From positions 12,836,001-12,900,000 of the forward strand of contig NC_087263.1 of NCBI RefSeq assembly GCF_037042905.1: 64,000 nt of DNA, in the 5' to 3' direction. The stretch comes from Lytechinus pictus (Eukaryota). Shown here piece by piece: positions 26,613-38,896 of this stretch. A program made the translations under genes and the position numbers. Each line of letters starts with the position of its first letter. The first letter of the stretch is position 1. The notes beneath the pieces are model-generated. The model worked only from the letters and a program-made list of their open reading frames with translations. It ran no database searches and was not told the DNA's origin.

Positions 26613-29600
26613 GTAAATACACTATTTTTTTCCCTTAACGCTTCAGTCACTTTAACGAAATCTACTCAGAAACTTCAACCACCCCTTTCACCTTTATATT
26701 GTGCATTAGTTCATGTGGAAATAAAGAATGATTGTGTTATGATTCGAAGATCCGGCTTATTTCACATGATTTTTTATATTTGTAAATGTCATTCGTACGG
26801 TTGCAAAGTCATCTTTAAAAAAAGAAATGCTGCCCAGATCTGTTCTTGAAGTAAAATAAAATAAAAAAACAAAGGGATATTTGGCAACCATTGGTATGAA
26901 GGCTAGACATCACATCCGCAAGGTAGAGTTTGACAAAATTTGTGTTCTCTTGACTTTCTAATGTTCCAAACTTATTCAAAAGAAATTTTGATAAATGCAT
27001 TATAAAGCAGGAACAATGTCTATGTCCAGTATTCTGCTATTTTGACGTTATGAGTGTTTTTTTTTTACATGCCTCACCTATTTTGGTTACACTGATTAAA
27101 TAGGAAGGGGTCACATTCCTCCTCTCTTCGGGAAGGGGTGTTGTAGGCCTATGGTGGAAAAAAATTAAAACTTAAAAACAAAAATCGTAAATTTCAATTT
27201 AAATGATTATAGATTAGAAATTTGAGATTCATTCTTGTCCGTTCACAGATATACCACAAAATACGATCAAAGCAACAAAACATAGTAAAATATCACAAAG
27301 TACTTTGAAATCGTGGCAATACATACACATGAAAATATTAATAAAAAAATAGGAGCTGAGGCTAAACAATTTGAGTTTTGAAAGTAAGTAAATGAAAAAG
27401 AACGCATTAATGATACCACAAAATTGTTTAGGCCGTGGTCAAAATAAATACTCTTTCGGAATAAGAGGTTAACTTGATATAGGACAATTTTGTGTCATCG
27501 AAATTTGCCATCACTGATTTCCACGACTAAGGTAAAAAAAAAAGAGAAAACATGGCAAAGAAACGAGAGGGAAAGGGTGAAATAATAATAGTATCATGTA
27601 AATACTATGACCAAATCTATAACAAAATTAGATTTTTTTAAATAAAAAAAGGCAAACTTGGGACTCGCTCCCTTCGCTCCCCCGCAACTTTTAAGAAAAA
27701 ATAGTGAGCCATACGCCATGTCTGACCCCTCAAAATTTTCAGCTCATTACGCCACGGTTTGGTATGGGAGGTCCAAAGACTTCTTGCGATTTGAATAACG
27801 TATGTTTGGTCAATTTGAATTACAAATAGTGTATGATTACGTCAAACAAGAAGCAACGAGTCATACACGATAGATTCAGACACCCGTAAAGCTATAGGCC
27901 ATGTCAAACCTACGAAACCGATGGAAAACCGACCGACAGCAAGTTATTGGGAGGAAAAAAAAGGTCACAATATATTTTTATCTGTTTGGAGTCCATTTCG
28001 CCTGTACAACTGAAGCATAAACAGGTTAACGAAATATCACTCTTTTTCAGTTGGACTCAACGAACCTTTGTAAAAAAAATATACACACTAAAAATATAGG
28101 TTCAAAATAGCAACTCCCCGAAGGCTGTTAATTTTGCTCATTGTGCACCTATAAGGGTGCCGTTGGCGACATTAAGCACCCTAATGGGGTGCAGAGTTAA
28201 ACCATTCAACATAGGTGCAAATTCTAACATTTCTCTCATAAAGTATTATTAACCTTAAACAGTGAAGATTTACACCTTTTAAGGTGCAAACGAGCAATAA
28301 TTGGTGCAAATAATCATTAAAAGGTCATTATTTGCAACTTCATTCCAATTAGAGTGCAAAATCACTCCTAAAGAAGTGCTACCAAGTTTTATTAAGGGTG
28401 CAAAATTTTGTTAAGCATGCATAAAACGTTTGTTTCATGACATGATGTCCTGAATACCATTCATGCTTACAAGCAAAATATATTTTAATCGAATCATTAG
28501 TTTTTCACTCCCACTTAGAATTTGGCATATCGTTTCCAGACAGAGAAAGCATAATAATTCGAAAGCTGACATAATGGGAGAACCACAAATATCGTTGAAG
28601 GTGTTAAATTATGCATTACATTTGTGATAAATGTGTTGCAGTTGTTGATGATGTGCATGTTTATTGAATCAGTGCATTAAAACAAATCTTCACACAAGGT
28701 TGCGTTATCGTTAAATAAAATCCAATCGTACGCAACTTTGTGGTGGAATAAATCCAACATGATTTTTATCTCGAACTTGCTCGATAATTACTTACCAAAA
28801 TGTGCCTGTTTTCCCTTTCCCATCATTAAGTAGTGTTTTTAGTCAAGATTTAACATGTTTAAAGAGTGCATTATATTTCCCATTTACTACTTGGCACTTC
28901 ATTTTCGTACACTTAAATTGCCACTGCGTAATATTCTACATTATTCATCCGCCTTCATTGACTGAAAGATAAGCTCCTCCCTCGCTCAGCGATGAACCGA
29001 CAGACAACAAGCAAATGTGTACAGGGGTGGTAAAAATGGTAGATATAAATATAGATCGATGGCAAACTAATTTTGCAATCATCATGATTAACACGAAGCT
29101 TTCAAAGAATTCAGTTTTCATATTAAATTATACGAAATGGAACGGGAAAAACACATGTGACTTAGCCCTTAGCCGAGCAGACATCATTGTTATATCTTCA
29201 TCTTCACTTAGCATGTCTTTGTTGATTGTGTCGATAATTTCAATTACGTTACAAAAGTAGAAACGAGACGGAAAATATCCATTAATTACATCAGCCAAGG
29301 TCAGATTTGAGAGCTATGACCGAGCTTGCTGAATTGGGTAGTTATCGCTATAGCGCAATGGCGACTCCAATCATGTAGGATAAGAAAAAAAAAGAAAACT
29401 CTGATGCATCATATCCTGTCCAATCTCAAAGACTGTGTTCCGAAAAAGAAACTAATAGAAAAAACAATGAGCCATTAGTATCATTAATCAAAAGTTAGCA
29501 CATTACAGGCATATTTCATGTTGGGTATTTATATAAATTATTGTTGACTAAAAATATGTCCTTTCTACCTAGTAACCTCTCGCTGAAGTCGCCACTTTTG

Positions 29601-32600
29601 CATCTATTAATGTCTGAGGCTTCTCCCCTTGATTTCATATTATATTTCTTTATTTCTTTTTAATTTTCTTAATTCCCCTTCCAAATTTTTCAGTTCCTTG
29701 ATTCTCTAAAAGTGGCGGCCGAAACGTCATATCATTATTTAATTTCAATCAGTGACTTTCATTCAATTTGATTTTGTTTACTCCATCTGTTAAAATGGAA
29801 GGCAACCCTGCAGAAAGTTTATTGTAAAAAAGAGCCTTAAAAATTACCTTAAATATTTATGAATGTTTGAGGAAAGTCCATCAAAGAAAAATATAAAAAA
29901 ATCATTAGAATATAATTTTTTTTCTTCATACTGCATAAGATGTCATATGCGAGCAGCTACCTCATAAAGTTATATCGCGTAGCAAAAAAAATATAAATTC
30001 CACCCCAAAATTATTTTATTGTACCTTCAGTAGATTAACAAGCAATTTCAATCCTGTTCCTGAGAGAAAAAGAAAGTCATCAGGAACAATTAAAAGAAAT
30101 TAATTGAATGCATTTCATATTACAAAACATATGGGGCAGCTGCTGGTTTATAAATAAATATTTTAATCTTTGGTGGATTTTTCTCGAACATTCACGGCTA
30201 TTTTCTTTAAATGAATTTTTTCTGGTATTTTTACCCACCGAGAAATTCGAGATGAATTTTCCCTTTAACTTACTCAAACACCACCAACGAAGTTGATATT
30301 CAAATATTATGAAGTGAATGCTAACAGGTAAACAAATACTAATAGTTCTATCCCCATTGCAACAAACAAAAATTGTTATAGGTTTTCTGTCATACCCCGT
30401 TCTATCGTTGACTGGAACGACTTACCAAACCCAATCAAATCCATTCTCGACAAAGAAATATTCAATGTAACAATCCCGAAGCACTTAAACCAAAATCAAT
30501 ACTAAGCAACGCCTCTTGCCTCCGCGTAACGACCATCAGCGCACCCTGCCCCTGCCCGTTTGACCCCTTTTAGGCGATTTGGGCAGTATCTTGGAAGTAA
30601 GTAAGTAAAATAAATCTATAGAAGCTTCGTGGTGTAGTGGTTCGGATTCTCGCCTTGTAATCTCAGGGTCGTGCGTTCGAATACCACCCCGGCGTAGCGT
30701 CCTTTGGCAAGGCGTCAATCCACACTTTGTCCCTCTCCCCCAGGTGTTAAATGGGTACCCGGTAGGATTTGAAAGTCTTGGAACTCTTTTTAATGCTCCC
30801 TAGAGAGTGGAGAAAGTGCATACATTGTATGCGAGTATGGCAAGATCCGATGACGGGGTAATAATAATTGCCGTGTAAAGCGCTTAGAATCAAAGTGTAT
30901 TAAGTGTTCACATAAATGTAACAGTTCTTGTTATCATTATTAACGAAGTCAATTCCCCCAATTTTTATATAACATATTAATTTCTTTATTATCGTAGTGA
31001 TGTACTAATCGTATTTATTATGAACCTTCTATGTCTCTTTAAGCAAAATACCCCTTTTATTTATAGAGCAAAATAAATTAATCGAATTCAATGGAATAAT
31101 GACAATGACATATGATTTGTTGATGATGATGGTAGTGGTGGCGATGATGATGATGATAAGGATGATAACGATGACAAATATAATACTATTTCTACTACTC
31201 CTAAACATAATGAAAATGGTAATAGTCATTCGAATTATTTTGTATGATGATGATGACAGTGATGATCATATTTCTAGCAATACCATTCCTTGTACTACTT
31301 CTGATGATAATATGAAAAATGCACATATCAATATCAATAAATTGATGGAAAGATAAGAATATTATGTCGATTATCATTGTATTGATGACAATGATTGAAG
31401 ATAATGATTATTAAAATTGATAATGATATTTTCGTCACATATCGCATAGATTTTCGACAAGGAAGATTTTAATGACAACAAGAAATAATATAAAAAAAAA
31501 ATCATAAATTGAAATATACATGCGAATGAGGAAATAGGAATTCCCCCAAATAGAAAGTGTGATAGATATGACTAAGGAGGTGGCCAGAGGCAACGTATTA
31601 AGAGGAATCAACAAAACACTTCCATCGACTGCTGACGACACTTTCCAGCCACCTTACCCCTTACCGCCATTCAGAGATATTTGTATTCCAATTTTAAGGT
31701 CAGCGAATGGTAAAACATTTGTCACACTTTTTTAAAGGTCAAGTCAACTCAAGAAAAATGTTGATTTCAATCAGCAATGAAAGTTCAAGTTCAAACAAGC
31801 ATAATGCTGACAATTTCATCCAAATCGGACGTAAAATAAGTTATGACATTTTCCCCAAACGGTTATACGCGCAACCCTGTCACAAGGGTTAATATGAGTA
31901 CGTTTAACACTCTTAAACATGTTGGGCAACATACTGTCCACACAACAACTGGTTAAAACTTTATCCAATTCTGGGTAGTTTTAAACCAATAATGTGTGCT
32001 TTGGGTGAAAACTACACAGTATTGGTTGAAAACTACCAAGAGCTGGATAATTCTTTTAAACCAATTGTTTTGTGGACAGTTTGTTGGCCAACATTTAAAG
32101 AGTGTACCGAAAATCCATGACCGTTTAGCAGTTCGTTCCTCTGGGTAATTGTAAAAGAAATAGGTTTATAAAAACAAAATCTCAAAAACAAGATAAAAAC
32201 ACAAATCTTGATGTATCAAAAATTTCATAATACGATATACCTTCTCACACCTAGTACATTGTGATTGTGATATATATATATACATTACTTCTTGAAAGTT
32301 TTCTGAGCACACGTGTGTGATTGATTCTATCATTTCTTGTGCCAAGTTCTTTTGAAAAACCTTTTTACACGGTGATCTGAAAAAAAGGCATCCAAATAAT
32401 ATGTACTTCGCCATTCCCTTGTAAGATAGGGTTTCAATATAATGACAAATTGCTGATCAGTAAACGACCCCTTTGGTCTCATATGAACACACTGTCCCAC
32501 AGTCTGTGTCACAGTGTGCTCAAAGAGTGGACAGTGTGAAATCTCCTTCACATTGTTAAATTTGAGCATTTCAACAGTGTGAATCATACATTCACATAGT

Positions 32601-35600
32601 CGACCATGTGAACACACTGTGAACAGTCACACTTTCGAGGTGTCCACAGTGTGAAAGTGTCGTTACACTGTTGAATTTGAGCATTTCAATACTGTAAATA
32701 TATATATATATATATACTGTGAATATATTTTCACATATCCCACTATGTGAAAACCCTGTGATCACACAGTATGAGACACGTTGTTCTATCCAGGGTGTCC
32801 CTGGTGGTCTAGTCCTATGTGGTCTTCAACCGGTTGATCTAATAAAGTTTTGGTCTAATATTGCCACTACGTTTGGACTCTATCAATTTCGTCTATTACC
32901 CTCTTGCTCTTAAACTGGTTTAACTTTCTGTTAATGAACCAAATTTTCATTTGACAAATTGAAAAAAAAAGAAAGTATGAAGTCGATAAAAGGAAAGTTA
33001 GATTAGCTCTGCATTATACTAAAAGAGACTTAGACCAAGTGGGTAATAGACTAAATCAAATTCGAGTCCAAAAGGCATTTACACCAAAGTGAGAGTAGAC
33101 CAACTGGGCTAAGACCATGTGGTATTACACTTCCTGAGTAGTATAGGGACAAATTACTTGCAGACCAAGAAATTATGAACCAAATATATGTATCAACGTA
33201 TTGACTTGAAATCTGTCTCTCTCTCCTAACTCTAAACCTTACCTACTTCATAACCAGGTGAACAAAGTGGGTCATATTCTTCCAGCAAATCTCCATCCAT
33301 TACAGAAGGTAATTACTTCCACAATCGGATTACCATATAGTAATATCAGTATGAATCATTAAAATGTGAAAGCACTTGGAGCACCTTCAGCTAAATTATA
33401 TTTCATGGAAACTCATTATTAAAGGCCTTACATGCTTAGCATAAATTGAGTTTGTGGTTTTATAGTCATATATAAATGTAATAATATACATTATTGACAT
33501 GAGTTATCGAATCTATCAACTTTGTTTTCATAAATTATTAATGTTTATCTTTAGAAGTAGTTTATATGTAAAGAAGTTTATAGATCCCCGCCCATGCAAT
33601 AACACGCGAATAGTACCATTTTAACCTTCCCCGCCCCCTCCCAAATTCCCCAATTGACATCTTCTCATCTTTCTGTTTGTTCATTGCAATTATCAGCAAT
33701 ATCTCTTCACAAATGATTGTTTATGCGCTGACCAGGCAAAGCAACCGGATCATTGTTTGACCACACCTCCATGGTATTACTCCTTGAAAGTGCTTTTGCT
33801 TTTCTTTGCAATTACCTTTATGATGACCTTTTCTTTTCACCCACGCTTGCACTTATACAATTTAATTGCACGTCCATGACTACCTCCCACTTTGTAACAA
33901 TCTATTATTATACTTCTTTGTTTTAATTTGTCTTTTTTTCTATTTTCAGGAGTCGATAATCCCTTCCCTCATCCGTCTTCACCTTCACCTCGCCTTTCAA
34001 TTCTAACAGAGTCCTCCATCACAGAAGGTAGGCCATATTATATGTTTAATATAATACACATAATCACACACACACACAAACACACACACACATACATATA
34101 TATAAAGATATGGGTGTGTGCAGGTGTGTGGGTGTCTGTGTGAGTACGTGTAGAAAACAACATTTTAAAAGTTTGTCGTAAAACCCATCTTTTCAAGTTA
34201 CTCCTTAGTTCTTCAGAATGGCATGAAGGTAAGACACTGCCCACGAATGTTATGAGAAGTATTATAAATGAAAAAAAAAACACTATCACTCATGAATATC
34301 TCGCATGATCAACGAATTTTGTTTTGAAATTGCACGTAAATGGTTTTGTTTGACAATTATTACATCTTGTAATCATCAAATTCATACAGATCAGGAAGTG
34401 ACATTGAATTGAAGTTCATTGATATATTTCATTTCTATATCCATTTTTCCCTAATACAAATGATAAAACTTTTATACAAAATCAATACAAATCAATTGCA
34501 AATTGGTAATGACAAATAATATAGAATAATAAAAAATCATAGATAAATAAAACCTTTTTGAAAGAATATGAATAGTTGTACATGTACAATGTATGTATGC
34601 TTTAAAAAGAAAAGAAATGAAGAAAAGAGACCAGCTAAGAAGCGATGCTTGTATGACGCTGATCTCTCAAACAGTACGGAAATATTAAAGGAACGTGAAT
34701 AGGAGATTATGGAGCAGATATTTGATTTCACGGATGATAAATGCATGCCATACATGATAAAAAAGATAACTGAACAAAGCAGTAAGGGGAGGGGTGCTCT
34801 CGAAAGAAAAAGTCAGATACAACAGAAAATTAATAGGGTCAAAGGGGAAATGAAAAAAAAATAAAAAGGAGTGAGGTAAAGGGTCGGAATTGACAAGCCC
34901 GTCGGGATATGTGACGTAAGTTAATTTACTGGAAAGGAAAATGAAAAATTTGCCCGAGGTGAATTAGATGTATTATGTAATCATGAATATAATAAAGCTA
35001 AGGTGAATTCAAGGTCTCACGATTCCTAATCTCGCAGGCCCGACTAATAGTATTGATGATAGTAATGATGGTCATTATCAGTATTTCTCTTAACTATTAC
35101 CGTTATCATTTTATTCGTCATTATTATTATAATTTTATTATCAGTATTATCATTATTATCATCAACCTCCTCATCCTCCTCTTTCTCCTCTTCCTACTTC
35201 TTCTTCTTCTTCTCCTTCTCCCCTTCCCTTCCCTTCTCTTCATTATTTTCATCATCATCATCCTCATCATCATCGTCCTCTTCTTCTTTTTCTTCTTCAT
35301 ATCCTCCTCCTGCTCCGCCCACTCCCCTCATGTATCTTCATTGTTTTCATTATCATCGTTTTTCGCCAATATCATCATCAGGAACACATTTCAATATTTA
35401 CCACATTGTAAAGGTAACGTTATCTATCCTTTTCGTTTAACTTGTAGATATTCAGGGTAAAACAAGGAAACCGAGGTGTATATATGATAACGGAGCAATA
35501 CGAATTTTATTAGAAGGTAAGTGCACGTGCAAACAAATTCCACCGGTGATTTTACATGTTTACCGGTGTATTGGGACACTTAGTAGAGCGTCCACCTGAC

Positions 35601-38600
35601 AACAGCGGTTAACCGGGAGGCCATTATCATTATTGTATCATTATTATTTTTATTACTATTATCAAGATTACTGTTATAAATACCATCACCATCACTACCA
35701 CCATCATTATTATCTTCTTCTACTTCTTCTTCTTCTTCTTTTCCTCCTCCTCCTTCTTCTTCTACTAATAAAATACCTTTATTTTCATGAAAGATATAGA
35801 ATATGAAATCATGTTTTTCTTACAATTCTCCAACCATTAATATTTTTTAAATGCATTTTATATTAATCACAAAGTAAATTATTCACACAATGAAATCTAC
35901 GGGTATAATGATATTAATTTATCACATTTTATCGCTTACTTATTAATCTAACTCTATATAATCTGACTATGGCAAAAGATTAAAGAGAAATGTTAGTTGT
36001 GGTAACGATCTCAAAATGAGTGCGCCGACAGAATCAAATAAAATGACCGGCCAAATATTTTTATATATGAATAAAAAGATATTTCCAAATGGCTCTGGAC
36101 GAAAATAAGAAATTGCTAAGAAATGTGTAACATAAATACGTAATTCCATCAATTGTCGGGTAGTTTTCAAATCAATATTAATACATGGTCCCACATATGC
36201 CTTTCTTTGTCAGTAATCCTAAGTACTGTCGGTTTTCAGCTAAGATTTCATGATTTCACAAAGATAAGTTTATGTTAATCCACCAAATCTATAGCTATGA
36301 TGTTTGGGTGACAATTAACCTTGATTTTAAGACTTTCTCATTTAATAATCGTTTGCTGCAACTACATTATTTTACCTTTAACTCCTTTCTGCGTATTTTC
36401 TCTATTTTGTCAACAGAACTTATATTGGAATTATTCAGAGATTTGGACGACATGAACATAGACCTCAATAGCAGTCAAAAATACGTCCTCAGAAGAAGAT
36501 TACGTGGTTTTTATCACAAAGCAACTAAGCACCCTGCAGTTCATGAAAAAAAAATCGCCTTTTCGTCAACAAAACCTACACATTATCACGGTGATGAAGA
36601 AAAGTTAAAACGGGATTCACCTACCGATCTGAGGCCGCTATCGAATGAGATAATGGTACGTAAGTGTAGAATCATGTGCGCAGTTCAGTCAGGAGAGGTT
36701 ACACGAAAAACCTTTTATTATTATTATTATTTACGCACGACCTTACGGATGGCGCGTGACACCTCGAGCAAAATGAGATACCTCGAATACTTGTTCAGTA
36801 TCACGAATTTTAACAGATCATATTTTAACGCATGCTGGCGGAACGTATTTTCGTTTGGTGAGGGGGGGGGGGGGCAGAGCCAAAAAAGGCACTTATATGT
36901 TAAAATCGGCATTTTGGTGCAAAGAGATATTTTCACCATGAGATTTATCATCTGCGTGAAGTAGTTGTGTGTATTATAGTAATCAAGTTGAGCAAAGCCA
37001 ATTTAAAGTCATTTCTGATGAGATATATATTTAGACTTTTATTCCGCGAGAGAGCGGTTTGGAAAAAAATTAAAATCTGAAGTTGTAAACTCCCTTTTTT
37101 GGTCGATTATGGTGCTAATTAATGTAATAAGACATGAAAATTTAACATTTTAAGCAATTTCTGTAAAAATGAAAAATATGCATAACTAACTAAAGAATTA
37201 ACGCGATCGTAAACCGCGAGCTGACATTTTTAATATACTGACCAGAAAATTAACCAGTTAAGGACTGCATTTAGTGACTCATGAAGAGGATACATATCTC
37301 ACCAATCAAATAATATCAGCGCGAAACGCGACTGAGCTAAAAATTTGTGATATTCCATCCTGACAACTGGATATTCCCAGCATTTTTTGTAACCAGGAAC
37401 AGAATGAGGACCTTACTAAATAGTAAACGATGCGAGCGCGAAAAGCGAGCCAAAAATTTGTGATATTCCAACCTGACAACTGGACATTCTAAGCATTCTT
37501 GTAACCACGAAAATGATGAGTACCTTACTAAACAATAATTGAAATATATTATGGTTTACTTCAAAAAGGGTATTTCATTTTGAAAAACGGCATTTCATTT
37601 TGAAAAAGACACATTTCATTATGAAAAAGGGCATTTTCCACTTTAAAAAATAGGGCATTTTTTGGCTACTGGGATTTTTTTTTTTTTTTTTTTTTGGGGG
37701 GGGGGGAGGACGAGTACCCCTGCCCGATTCCGCCAGCCCCTGAGCTGACGGAAGTCAAACTGATTGGAATGGGATTTTTGCACTGAAGATCAGCGGAGGG
37801 GGGGGGGGGTGCAAATCAAGTTAAGTATGACTTAAGAGTCGCACTTCAATGCTAGTTGGGTGCCGTATTATAGGCATCACCGCATTGGTCAAATCATGCT
37901 AAGCGCTAAGAGGGCGCGGCTACTGCGAACTGATCAATAAGAGTGCGCGTTACATATCATGTTCACATCAGCACTAAGCTTGACTTTTAAGTCACACCTA
38001 ACTATTTGTGAAACACTCCCCATGTCTTCAACCATGAGTAAACTCGTGCGTCACCTACGAACAGATTTATTAAACACCTCCGGTACCCTCATCTGGTATC
38101 GTAACTCATATCGGTTACAGTAACTTGCAAACTGTGAGGAGTTGAAATAGCTCATGCAAAAGGCAACGGCGATAAGTTATAACCCTGTGGGGATGGTTGG
38201 GGCTTGGTTCCAGACTAAGATGCTAATTCGCTGTAAAATCTTTAAGATATCTCCGAAAATTCCTTATAGGGCATAACCAATAAGCATATAGGGATTGTCT
38301 TACGATACTTCCCGGGGCAGTGGTAACGCCATATTCTTTCAATATTTCATAGTGTCCATAAATCCACCAACGTTAATTTGTGCAATTTTTTTTCTAAACG
38401 CACTCATATCAAGCGGCATCTGATACATCTAAATCACCCGAAGCTAGTTTTTAAGGATATTAAATAATTCTATGTTAAATTTACTTATCAAGTTCAAGGA
38501 TCATATTAGGTATCCATATTTTTCCAAATTGCCTCCAGTTTCGTTTGCAAATAAAAAAATAATACATGGTAATTACTAAAGTTGTAAATGACATTTTGTA

Positions 38601-38863
38601 CTGCCCTATGATTGGTAAAATGAGCATGCTTTACTGGCGTACAGAGGGGGAGGGGGTGTTCTTGAGTGTCATGCCCATCCCCCTCCCCTAAAAAAGGAAG
38701 TAATTAATAAATAACGTCGGAGAAAAAAGTATAAAAAAGGTAAAGGGGAAATATGAATCAATTTCCTTAAAAAATAAATCACAAATTAGATTTTTGTTTC
38801 ATAAACATGATAAAGGTCAAGTTTTTTAAAGATATTTTTTCCCCTATGGGCCATGATTGACTT

Positions 38864-38896
<33 letters not shown>

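Noticed and set aside
35053..35460. Hydrophobic 'membrane protein' ORFs (also 56702-57160, 21682-22023, 31099-31356)
   Set aside because: Products of (att)n, (ctt)n, (gat)n and polypyrimidine simple repeats.
36656..36964. Remainder of the 230-aa ORF 36272-36964 as a single-exon gene
   Set aside because: Only 36417-36655 is bounded by splice sites; the flanks are intronic or repeat sequence.
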